The notes under the pieces were generated by a model. That model worked only from the letters and a program-made list of their open reading frames with translations, was not told where the DNA came from and did no database searches. The translations under genes and the position numbers were made by a program. A DNA stretch of 62,370 nucleotides, the filler included. It is 4 parts of 4 records of this genome, joined end to end, with 100 filler letters (N's around TTAATTAATTAA, not from the genome) between each part and the next. Parts side by side here need not be neighbours in the genome. Positions count along the whole stretch, not along the records: positions 1 to 14,797 come from DRR723986_3014; positions 14,898 to 27,582 come from DRR723986_3021; 2 more parts are not named here. One strand, given 5' to 3'. How positions within the stretch are numbered: the stretch's first letter is position 1; each line of letters opens with the position of its first letter. Below are positions 9,505 through 17,912 of the stretch, piece by piece.

Positions 9505-10649
9505 TCTTGAAAGCGTCACAACGTGCAGGTGCGCGTAACCTGTCCGAGCATCTGATGAATGACCGAGACAACGACCATATTACACTCGCTGATATTCGCG
9601 GATTTATGGCCGATGATCTACAGGGCGCTTTGGACGAGGCCTATGCGATCTCAAAAGCCACCCGGTGCAAACAGTATCTGTTCTCGCTCAGCCTCAATCC
9701 GCCGCAAGATCATGTTGCGACGGAGCAGGAGTTTCTGGATGCAGTGGAACGTGTTGAACAAAAGCTCGGGCTGTCTGAGCAGCCACGCGCCCTTGTCATT
9801 CATGAAAAAGAGGGCCGCCGCCATGCGCATGTCGTTTGGTCCCGCATTGATGGCGAGGAGTTGAAAGCCATCAACCTACCCCATTTCAAGAACAAATTGC
9901 GGGATCTATCCCGCGATCTCTTTCTGGATCATGGCTGGGACTTGCCAAATGGTTTGAAAACCTATGGCGACAAGAACCCGCTGAATTTTACACTGGCGGA
10001 ATGGCAACAGGCCAAGCGCAAAGACCTAGATCCCCGTGAGATCAAACAGACGTTCCGGCAGGCGTGGGAACGCTCGGATGGGATGAAAGCGCTATCGAAT
10101 GCGCTGGAAGAGCGCGGATATTACCTGGCGCGTGGGGATCGGCGTGGATTTGTGGCGCTGGATGTTCATGGCACTGTCTATTCGCTGGCCAAATGGGCGG
10201 ATGTTCGCACCAAAGAGGTTCGCGAAAAACTGGGCAAACCAGATGAGCTACGCTCTGTGTCCGACAAGCAAACCGATCTGCGTGCCCGTGTGACGGACCA
10301 AATGAAGGGCTACATCCGCGAGGTAAATGAGCATCAAAAAAGCGAGGCTGAACCTCTGGTCGAAGAGCGCACCGAGATGGTGCGCGATCAGCGCGAGGAA
10401 CGTCATTTGGTTGCGCTCCGCCAGAAGGAACGGTGGGCCAAAGAAACCAAAGTTAGATCAGAAAAGCTCAACAAAGGGCTGCGCGGTGTTTGGGACAGAA
10501 TGACCGGGAAATCCAAATCCGTGCGCAAGGCTAATGAGGTTGATGCCATGCGGTGTGCCAAGCGCGACGTTGACCAGCGAGACTGGCTTGTCGTGGCGCA
10601 GATGAAAGATCGCCGTGAATTGCAAAAACGAATTGCCGCTCTGAGGTAA
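9501..10649 (+). CDS. Relaxase/mobilisation nuclease (MOBP/VirD2-like), probably C-terminally shortened by a TAA
   Basis: YLFSLSLNPP and HEKEGRRHAHVVWSRID HUH motif; the frame stays open for 42 codons after the stop, to TAG at 10778. Confidence 0.9.
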   Translation: MILKASQRAGARNLSEHLMNDRDNDHITLADIRGFMADDLQGALDEAYAISKATRCKQYLFSLSLNPPQDHVATEQEFLDAVERVEQKLGLSEQPRALVIHEKEGRRHAHVVWSRIDGEELKAINLPHFKNKLRDLSRDLFLDHGWDLPNGLKTYGDKNPLNFTLAEWQQAKRKDLDPREIKQTFRQAWERSDGMKALSNALEERGYYLARGDRRGFVALDVHGTVYSLAKWADVRTKEVREKLGKPDELRSVSDKQTDLRARVTDQMKGYIREVNEHQKSEAEPLVEERTEMVRDQREERHLVALRQKERWAKETKVRSEKLNKGLRGVWDRMTGKSKSVRKANEVDAMRCAKRDVDQRDWLVVAQMKDRRELQKRIAALR

Positions 10650-10877
10650 AAGCAAAAGCAGGACCGTCAGATCCTTGTGCGTGAAATGGTGCAATACATC
10701 AGACGACAAGATCATGCCCAGGCACAACAAGACCATCAGCCACGTCGCAAGAACCGAGGGTTGGATCTGAACCGATAGTCCCCGCAATACCCCGAGTTAC
10801 CTATGCTCTACCTCTGAGCCGGGCGGGTCAGAATTCCTATCAGTCACGCACTTTCAACCTCAACTAAGGAGAGTGCC

Positions 10878-12665
10878 ATGACTTGGCAAAAACGAACAGC
10901 GGTCCTTGGGGCCGCAACTGCTGTGGTGTGCCTGTTCGCAACACAGACCTCTGCGAAAATCCTCTATGGCTACGACTACGGGTATCCCGCTCTTATGCTG
11001 CAACTCACATTGACGCGGATTGCGATGATGGTGTTTTCCATCGGATTTGGCTTTGCGTTGGGATGGTTCTGCTCCCCGCAAGCCCGCGATTTGCGCCGCC
11101 TGCTGATGCTGGGGGTGGCCGGACTTACAATCCTTCTGGCAGTCTTCAACAATGGCGTGCTGGGTTGGGGATCTGCTTGGGTTGTGTCCTTTGTCGGCTT
11201 TTGGGTCGCACTCGGGTATTGGCTGGGCCAAGTGGTCAAGACACTGGGGGAGACTCCAACCACATTTGGCTCCAGCCGGTGGGCTGATTGGGATGATCTG
11301 ATTGAACATGACGTGGTTAGCGATGAGGGAATTCTGATCGGGAACCCAATCGATAGTGCTGTGAAGGAAGTATTCTCATACAAAGGGGACCGCCACCTTC
11401 TGACCGTCGCACCGACGCGTTCGGGCAAGGGTACAACCCAGATTGTTCCCAATCTGCTAACCTATCCAGGGTCTGTAATTGTCGTCGATCCCAAAGGCGA
11501 AAATGCGAAAATCACGGCACAAGCACGCCGCGACATGGGGCAAGAAGTCATCATTTCTGATCCATGGAACATTGCACAGATCGAAGGGTTTGAGCCATCG
11601 CGCTTCAATCCACTTGATTGGTTGCAGAAGGGCGATGTGGACATCACCGAAAATGCAATGATCCTGTCGGATGCTGTCGTTGTTCCCGAAGGGGAAAGCG
11701 AACCTTTCTGGCTGCAAGAAAGCCTTGCCTTGCTGCAAGGGTTGATCCTCTACGTTGCCACTGATGACGAAGAGGCAGGCCATCGCAATCCCGGACGCGT
11801 TCGCGAATTGTTGCTCCTAGATGCCGAAGACCAGCAAGCCTTGTTCAAGCGCATGTTGAACTCGCGCTATCACATCGTGGCCAGCACGGGCGCGCGTTGT
11901 CTGCAAAAGGATGAAAAACTCTTGTCCAACGTGATGGCCTCTGCGCAGGCCCAGACACATTTTCTGGACAGTGCGCGCATCCAAGAAAGCTTGTCACATT
12001 CGGACTTTCAGTTTGAAGACCTGAAGAAAAAGCCGATGACCATCTATCTGGTGCTCCCGGCAGACCGCCTCAACACCTTTGGCCGCTGGCTGCGCTTGCT
12101 CATCCAGCAAGCCATCACGGTGAACGCACGTAATATCGACGTGCAGCCGGATAAACCTGTCCTGTTCATCCTTGATGAAATGGCGGCCCTAGGGCGGTTG
12201 ACGATGGTCGAACAGGCCTATGGCCTCATGGCGGGGTTCGGTTTGCAGCTTTGGGGAATTGTGCAAGACCTCAACCAGTTGGAGCGCATCTATGGCAAGG
12301 GTTGGCAGAGCTTCATCTCAAACACTGGTATGCTGAACTACTTCGGCTCCAGCGATAAGATGACGGCAGAATACTTCTCGTCACTTTGCGGGGAAACGAC
12401 GGTCTGGAACTTCAGATCAGCCATCTCTCGGGCATTTGGCACCAGCTCCAGCAGCAACGGTATCAGTGGTTCCAGCACGACCACAACAGAGACTGATACG
12501 CGCGCTGCAAGCCAACGCAAGCTGGCCTATCCAGATGAGCTGATGCGCATGAACAAAGGCAAGCAACTGGTCTTTGTTGAAAACATGCCTCCGCTGATCG
12601 CAAGCAAAACCCCTTGGTTCGAGAACGAAGACCTCAAAGCCAAAGGCGTCAACCTGCGGGATTGA
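10878..12665 (+). CDS. virD4: Type IV coupling protein (VirD4/TraG family)
   Basis: N-terminal TM helices, FGSSRWA, Walker A APTRSGKG, VVDPKGE, FNPLDWL, Walker B FILDEMAALG, VQDLNQL. Confidence 0.93.
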   Translation: MTWQKRTAVLGAATAVVCLFATQTSAKILYGYDYGYPALMLQLTLTRIAMMVFSIGFGFALGWFCSPQARDLRRLLMLGVAGLTILLAVFNNGVLGWGSAWVVSFVGFWVALGYWLGQVVKTLGETPTTFGSSRWADWDDLIEHDVVSDEGILIGNPIDSAVKEVFSYKGDRHLLTVAPTRSGKGTTQIVPNLLTYPGSVIVVDPKGENAKITAQARRDMGQEVIISDPWNIAQIEGFEPSRFNPLDWLQKGDVDITENAMILSDAVVVPEGESEPFWLQESLALLQGLILYVATDDEEAGHRNPGRVRELLLLDAEDQQALFKRMLNSRYHIVASTGARCLQKDEKLLSNVMASAQAQTHFLDSARIQESLSHSDFQFEDLKKKPMTIYLVLPADRLNTFGRWLRLLIQQAITVNARNIDVQPDKPVLFILDEMAALGRLTMVEQAYGLMAGFGLQLWGIVQDLNQLERIYGKGWQSFISNTGMLNYFGSSDKMTAEYFSSLCGETTVWNFRSAISRAFGTSSSSNGISGSSTTTTETDTRAASQRKLAYPDELMRMNKGKQLVFVENMPPLIASKTPWFENEDLKAKGVNLRD

Positions 12666-12738
12666 TCTGCGCAATACGATGCCCCGGCAAGCCTGTCTTG
12701 CCGGGGCACAACTCCCCCAAATGCACCGGAGAACCCTC

Positions 12739-13008
12739 ATGAAAATCCATGAGTTAAACAACACCCATTGGGCCGAGGTGTCCGTCGTTTTGTCCCCCAG
12801 CGACTTTATGAAGGCCGCACGGTTAGGCGGCCTGCATATTGACGATGAAGATATCCTGACACTCTGGGACAATCTTCTGAACGATCCCCAGATGCGCAAA
12901 GACTACGCCGATACCGTGGCGTGGTTTTATCAGGTTCTACTGGACGAGTTCGCATTTCAGGCCGTCTTTCGTCACCCCTCCCCCTTCACCAATGACAAAA
13001 ACCGCTAA
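12739..13008 (+). CDS. Hypothetical protein
   Basis: 89-aa ORF with GGAGA RBS, co-oriented downstream of virD4. Confidence 0.5.
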   Translation: MKIHELNNTHWAEVSVVLSPSDFMKAARLGGLHIDDEDILTLWDNLLNDPQMRKDYADTVAWFYQVLLDEFAFQAVFRHPSPFTNDKNR

Positions 13009-13025
13009 GCAAAGAGGACACCGCT

Positions 13026-13313
13026 ATGAGCGATCATCCGAAAAAGCCCTTCAATTTCCTCGCGGCCCCAGAACCAGAGGTTATTCGCGACAAAGACAAC
13101 GCGGCTCCTCGCTATGAGCCCAAACTGGCCAAAAAGAAGTCCGCGCCCAACCTCGCCCCAGGTGGGTTCATGGGCATCAGGCACGGATTGCCGTCCAATG
13201 AGAACGCCAAAGCCAACAAACGCTTTTCGTTGGGCAAGCAAGAAGATGTGACGAAGGAGTTCAAGTTTGTTGGCCGTCCGGCTCCGAGTAAAGATCGTGA
13301 GCGAGGGCGGTAA
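13026..13313 (+). CDS. Hypothetical protein
   Basis: 95-aa ORF with GAGGA RBS; basic C-terminus KDRERGR like other mobilisation-region ORFs. Confidence 0.55.
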   Translation: MSDHPKKPFNFLAAPEPEVIRDKDNAAPRYEPKLAKKKSAPNLAPGGFMGIRHGLPSNENAKANKRFSLGKQEDVTKEFKFVGRPAPSKDRERGR

Positions 13314-13411
13314 ACGCAGGCCAAAAAGCCAATCAACGGTGTATAGCACCTCTAGGTCGAAGCTTGTTCTCGGGTCTCAACTTGGAGAAACCCGAGGCGG
13401 ATCCCGGAGAT

Positions 13412-14347
13412 CTATTCTGCTGCTTCAGGTATATTTTTTGCCTTGTAAAGCACCTCCACTCCACCTTCTGCAATCACCTGGTTTCGGCCAGAGTTTTTTG
13501 CAACATATAGCAATTCGTCTGCACGCTTGAGTAAGGCCGCAGCAACGTTGGCGCGCTCGCAAATCTCTGTGAGCCCGATGCTGACCGTTAAGCGAATTTT
13601 ATTTGCATCAGCTAAAATTTCGCTGGATTGGATCGTCGAGCGCAACCGTTCACATGCAGCATGTGCACCTATCAAGTCAGTCTCAGGAAAGACCAGAGCA
13701 AATTCCTCGCCACCTAGTCGTCCAACCAGGTCAATGGAGCGAAATTCACGTATCAGCATTCTAGAAAGCTGTTGGAGCGTTTTGTCTCCGGCATCGTGAC
13801 CATATGTGTCGTTAATACGCTTGAAATGGTCTACATCGAGCATGGCAACTGACATTGGCAACCCGCGCCGTTGAGCTCTATCAAATTGAGATTCCAAGGT
13901 TTTTAAAAACGGCCTTCGGTTCGAAACCTGAGTCAACGGATCCGTATTTGCCTCGATCTGAAGGAGTTCATACGCTTTGGTCAGCTCTCGTATACTTAAA
14001 ATGCCAATCAGACATTCATTCTTGAGAACGGGTATGTGACGGATCGAATTTTCGTTCATGAGGTGCAGCAGATAAGCCACTTCGTCATCAGGGCTGCAAC
14101 AAATGACAGAGCGGGTCATCACGTGGGAAACTAAGGCTTCTGCCGCCTTTGGATCGCGACTTGCAACAACTGATAAGAGGTCCCTTTCAGAGACGATCCC
14201 AACCAATGTGTTGGCTTCGTCGGTAACGACCAAGGCACCGACTCTTAGATTGAGCAGAATCTTGGCGGCGTGCCGCAGTGTCGAGTTCGGCCGAATTCCC
14301 TGAACCTCGGTCGACTTTTTTGTTTGCAATAACTGAGCTACTCTCAC
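13412..14347 (-). CDS. CBS-pair + GGDEF diguanylate cyclase
   Basis: Two CBS motifs (VGIVSERD, IRHIPV, IGILSIRE), then DPLT..NRR, DVDHFKRINDTYGHDAGD and RSIDLVGRLGGEEF. Confidence 0.93.
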   Translation of the reverse strand: MRVAQLLQTKKSTEVQGIRPNSTLRHAAKILLNLRVGALVVTDEANTLVGIVSERDLLSVVASRDPKAAEALVSHVMTRSVICCSPDDEVAYLLHLMNENSIRHIPVLKNECLIGILSIRELTKAYELLQIEANTDPLTQVSNRRPFLKTLESQFDRAQRRGLPMSVAMLDVDHFKRINDTYGHDAGDKTLQQLSRMLIREFRSIDLVGRLGGEEFALVFPETDLIGAHAACERLRSTIQSSEILADANKIRLTVSIGLTEICERANVAAALLKRADELLYVAKNSGRNQVIAEGGVEVLYKAKNIPEAAE

Positions 14348-14797
14348 CCTAACACTCCATATCCATCCGTCTGTAGTTTGCAGGCGATATATGAATAGAG
14401 GTTAAAAGCTGCCTCTCACTTGCGTATTTGGTAGTGAAACTTTAGCTCAACCGTTGATGTTTCACGCCTCGAGCGAAGGTCGTGTTTGGGCTGACAGCAA
14501 CCCTCCGCTGGGGATGGCCGTTTTGCGCAGTAAGCGGAATTTGCAAGCTTCCTTCTACTGTTGCATCTCAGTAGGTGCACAACACTACAGCACCACCAAA
14601 GGATATGCGCTCCAAGTTGCTTTTTTGGGTTTGTTGACTTGACATTAATAAGCCTTGGATAGTTATCTCGTGCGGTATGTGACCAGTGTATGTCGAGCGA
14701 CGGATTGTCCGGCGTCGGCGGTTATTCATCCCGGCAATTTCCTCAACTTGAGGTCTTTCGAATGCGCATTTGGAAACTGGAAGCTTGCAACGAAAGC

Positions 14798-14897
14798 NNN
14801 NNNNNNNNNNNNNNNNNNNNNNNNNNNNNNNNNNNNNNNNNTTAATTAATTAANNNNNNNNNNNNNNNNNNNNNNNNNNNNNNNNNNNNNNNNNNNN
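14798..14897. other. Artificial contig linker
   Basis: 44 N + TTAATTAATTAA (stops in all six frames) + 44 N. Confidence 0.98.
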
Positions 14898-15605
14898 CGC
14901 GCCCATGATGGCGGCCTTGCCCAGCCACTCGGAATCACCATGCGCCGCGTGCTGCAGGTAGGTGTTCTTGATGTTCTGCGTGTCGTAGGCGGTCAGGCCC
15001 GCGAAGATCAGCACGCCGAGGATCGAGATCGCGAAGGCCAGTCCCGGCATCGGCCAGAACAGGTTGACGATCGAGGCCACGATCAGGCCGATCACGCCCA
15101 TGATCAGGAAGGATCCCCAGCCCGAGATGTCCTTCTTCGTGGTGTAGCCCCAGAGGGACAGACCGGCGAAGGAGATCGCGGTGATCAGGAACACCTGGAT
15201 GATCGAATATCCGGTGAAGACCAGGAAGATCGAGCTGATGGACAGGCCCATCACGGCGGCGAAGGCGTAGAACACGACTTGTGCCGTCGCGGCGGACATG
15301 CGGTTGATCATCGCCGAGAAGCCGAAGACGAAGGCCAGCGGGGCGAACATGATGACCCACTTCAGCGGCGACGCGTAAAGCGCCACGCCAAGCTGCGTCA
15401 GGTATTTGTCGGCCGCGATCTGGGGACCCACCGGATCGCTGCTGACCGCAAGACCCGACAGCGCCCAGGCGGCGGCGAAAGTGATGAGCATGCCCACGGA
15501 CATCGTGCCGTAGACCTTGTTCATATGCGAGCGCAGGCCCTCGTCGATCTGAGCGGAGCGGGCGCCTGCGACGCCTGCCGTCCGAATGGTGTCGTATCGT
15601 GCCAT
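14898..15605 (-). CDS. Bax inhibitor-1/YccA family membrane protein, 3'-truncated at contig end
   Basis: IDEGLRSHMNKVY, GYTTKKDISGWGSFL, FAGLTAYDTQNIK; multiple TM helices. Confidence 0.92.
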
Positions 15606-15751
15606 CAAAACCTCCGTTTGGCGGGACCCCCCGCGCGAACGCGCGCGAAGGTGTTGCGCTTGATATTGGCAAAGGCGCCGGGGTTTTCAAGGTTTTCCGG
15701 AGCGGGAACAGTCAGGTTCCGTTCAAAGTGATAATGCGGGTGCCCGGGGGA

Positions 15752-15925
15752 TCACAGGCGCCAGTGTGCGGGCGCCGACCAGAGTTGCTCCACGCTGCCG
15801 CGCTCGAAGATGTTGGGTTCGCGCAGGCTGGGCCTGCGATCGAGCGCCGCGCGCTGGCGGGGCTGGTCGACGGGGCTGGCACCGGGACGGGGGCGGGCGA
15901 AGAGCCGGTCGAGGGCAGGGAACAT
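15752..15925 (-). CDS. Small protein, DUF1127-like but divergent
   Basis: AAGGAG RBS; RQRAAL and terminal WSAPAHWRL as in Rhodobacteraceae DUF1127 proteins; divergent from a LysR. Confidence 0.55.
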   Translation of the reverse strand: MFPALDRLFARPRPGASPVDQPRQRAALDRRPSLREPNIFERGSVEQLWSAPAHWRL

Positions 15926-16001
15926 GATGGTCTCCTTCACGGATCGTGATGATTGCGTATGGATTCATTTTTGTTATTGATAGCTATGCCGCAATCCGGT
16001 T

Positions 16002-16049
16002 CATGCTGGAAACGAATGTTCTTGAGGGTATGCATCACGGGAGTTGATG
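16002..16049. promoter_or_regulatory. Two LysR T-N11-A boxes
   Basis: CATGCTGGAAACGAATG (16002-16018) and CATCACGGGAGTTGATG (16033-16049, CATCA/TGATG inverted repeat) in an AT-rich divergent intergenic region. Confidence 0.6.
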
Positions 16050-16050
16050 G

Positions 16051-16899
16051 ATGAGAAATCTCGACGTGACGGTCCTGCGCTCTTTCCTTGCGGTGGCTCA
16101 GGCTGGCGGGGTGACACGGGCCGCAGGCTTCCTGAACCTGACGCAATCCGCCGTCTCGATGCAGTTGAAACGGCTCGAAGAGATGCTGGGGCTGCAATTG
16201 CTGGACCGCTCTGGCCGGGGCATCGCCCTGACGCCCGCCGGGGCGCAACTGCTGACATACGCGCAGAAGATCGTCGACCTGAACGACGAGGTCTACGCCC
16301 GTCTGACCGACCAGGCCTGGGAGGGCGAGGTGGTGCTGGGCGTGCCGTCGGACATCGTCTACCCGGTCATCCCCGAGGTGCTGCGGCGCATGGGGCGCAC
16401 GCATCCGCGGGTGAAGGTCTCGCTCGTCAGCTCGTTCACGCGGGTGCTGAAGGGGCAGTTCGCGCGGGGCGAGGTGGATGTGATCCTGACCACGGAGCCG
16501 GGGGTCGATTCGGATGGAGAGACGCTGCTGGACGTGCCGCTGCGCTGGATCGGCGCGCCGGGCGGGCAGGTCTGGAAGACCACCGCGCCGCTGCGCATCG
16601 CCTTCTGCCGCAACTGCGGCTTCCGCGAGGACACGCTGGCGCGGCTCGACCGGGCGGGGGTGCCGTGGGAGATGGCCGTGGATGCGGACAGCGACACCAC
16701 CATCGACGCCAGCGTCAGCGCCGATCTTGCGGTGACGGCGCGGCTGGAGGGGCACGCGCCGGAGTATCTGGCCTATATCGACAGGGGCGTTCTGCCCGAT
16801 CTCGGGACCCAGAAGATCAACATGTACGTGGGCAGCGGCAAGACGCAGCTTCTGCGCGCGCTGACCGATTACATCCGGCAGGGCTTCGGCGCGCTGTAG
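16051..16899 (+). CDS. LysR family transcriptional regulator
   Basis: LRSFLAVA...GVTRAAGFLNLTQSAVSMQLKRLEE HTH followed by a substrate-binding domain. Confidence 0.95.
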   Translation: MRNLDVTVLRSFLAVAQAGGVTRAAGFLNLTQSAVSMQLKRLEEMLGLQLLDRSGRGIALTPAGAQLLTYAQKIVDLNDEVYARLTDQAWEGEVVLGVPSDIVYPVIPEVLRRMGRTHPRVKVSLVSSFTRVLKGQFARGEVDVILTTEPGVDSDGETLLDVPLRWIGAPGGQVWKTTAPLRIAFCRNCGFREDTLARLDRAGVPWEMAVDADSDTTIDASVSADLAVTARLEGHAPEYLAYIDRGVLPDLGTQKINMYVGSGKTQLLRALTDYIRQGFGAL

Positions 16900-16929
16900 C
16901 GCGGACAGCGCGGCGGGGGACGGTCCTGG

Positions 16930-17290
16930 TGTGCGCCGCGCGCCGCGTCGGGCCCTGCGCCGGGACGTGCCGCGAGCCAGTCTACGCGCCGGGCCACGCC
17001 CTCCGCCGGGCCAAGCCCCGCGACGCGCCCTGCGCTATGGCGTGCCCTGCGCTATGCCGTGCCGTGCCCTGCGCGGAGCCGAGCCGAGCCCTCGCTATGC
17101 CGCGCGCCGGCCCACGCGCCGAGTAACGCGTCGTGCCGAACCCCGTGTGCCGTGCCGGTCGGTGGCGCGTGCCAGGCTGCGCGCTGTGCCGCGCCCTTCG
17201 CTGCGCCGTGGAAGGCCTTGCGGCGGGCCGCGTCCCCGCGCCGGGAAGTGCCACGTGCCAGCCCACGTCCCGCGCCGGGACGCGCGCACC
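16930..17290. repeat. Degenerate GC-rich pentamer-based tandem tract
   Basis: Runs such as GCCGT-GCCGT-GCCCT, GCCGA-GCCGA, CCCTGCGCTATG x2 and GCGCCGGGA x3, between convergent genes. Confidence 0.7.
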
Positions 17291-17368
17291 GTGAAAGGCC
17301 CCGGGCAGTGGAAGGCCGCGCGGCGGGACTGGGGTCAGGTGGTGGGGTGGCCGGCTCCGCGCGTTGGG

Positions 17369-17767
17369 TCAGACGCCGACGTCGGGGCCGTAGCAGAGCA
17401 TCGGCTTTTCGTCCTGCTGCGCCTCGTAGAGCGTCGTGCTGGCGGGGTCGTTCTCGAAGACCGCGCGCAGGCTGCCGCCGTCCTTGAAGAAGCTCCAGCA
17501 TTGCGGATCCGGGTTGTCCTCGTAGACGAAGCAGATCTGCCCCGCGTCCTCGTACCAGAACCCGTCCTTGCACTGGCCGTCGAGGAAGGACCAGCGCACC
17601 TGCCGGTCGGGGAGGTATTCCTCGACGCCGTAGGACTGGCCGCTCTCGCCGTAGTAGAGCGTCTTGCCGGTGACGTAGCTTTCGAATTCCGAAGCCGACA
17701 TCGGCTCTGCCGCCATCGCGGGCAGGGCGGTCAAGCACAGGAGGGTGGCGCCAAGGATCTGTCTCAT
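17369..17767 (-). CDS. Conserved-looking secreted hypothetical protein
   Basis: Signal peptide ending AMA-A; four Cys (C..G.WY, ICFVYE, QCWSF, LCYGP); strong GC3 codon bias. Confidence 0.75.
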   Translation of the reverse strand: MRQILGATLLCLTALPAMAAEPMSASEFESYVTGKTLYYGESGQSYGVEEYLPDRQVRWSFLDGQCKDGFWYEDAGQICFVYEDNPDPQCWSFFKDGGSLRAVFENDPASTTLYEAQQDEKPMLCYGPDVGV

Positions 17768-17879
17768 GACCTCTTTCTGCCGCATTTCGCATGGGATCGG
17801 AAGTCAGGTATTAATGGATGTAATGACCCGGGCGGAGAGGCGCCGGTTCTTGACACCACGGGCCGCGACTGCCACGGAT

Positions 17880-17895
17880 GTAACCGCACGGTTAC
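17880..17895. promoter_or_regulatory. Palindromic operator upstream of the GMC oxidoreductase
   Basis: GTAACCG-CA-CGGTTAC, perfect 7-bp arms, 17 nt before the ATG. Confidence 0.6.
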
Positions 17896-17912
17896 TGCGT
17901 CGGGGAGGGGGC

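Noticed and set aside
14348..14797. Short ORFs or ncRNA at the end of contig 1
   Set aside because: No RBS, motif or convincing structure visible.
14842..14853. TTAATTAATTAA palindrome repeated three times in the window
   Set aside because: Part of the artificial linker, always centred in 44-N blocks.
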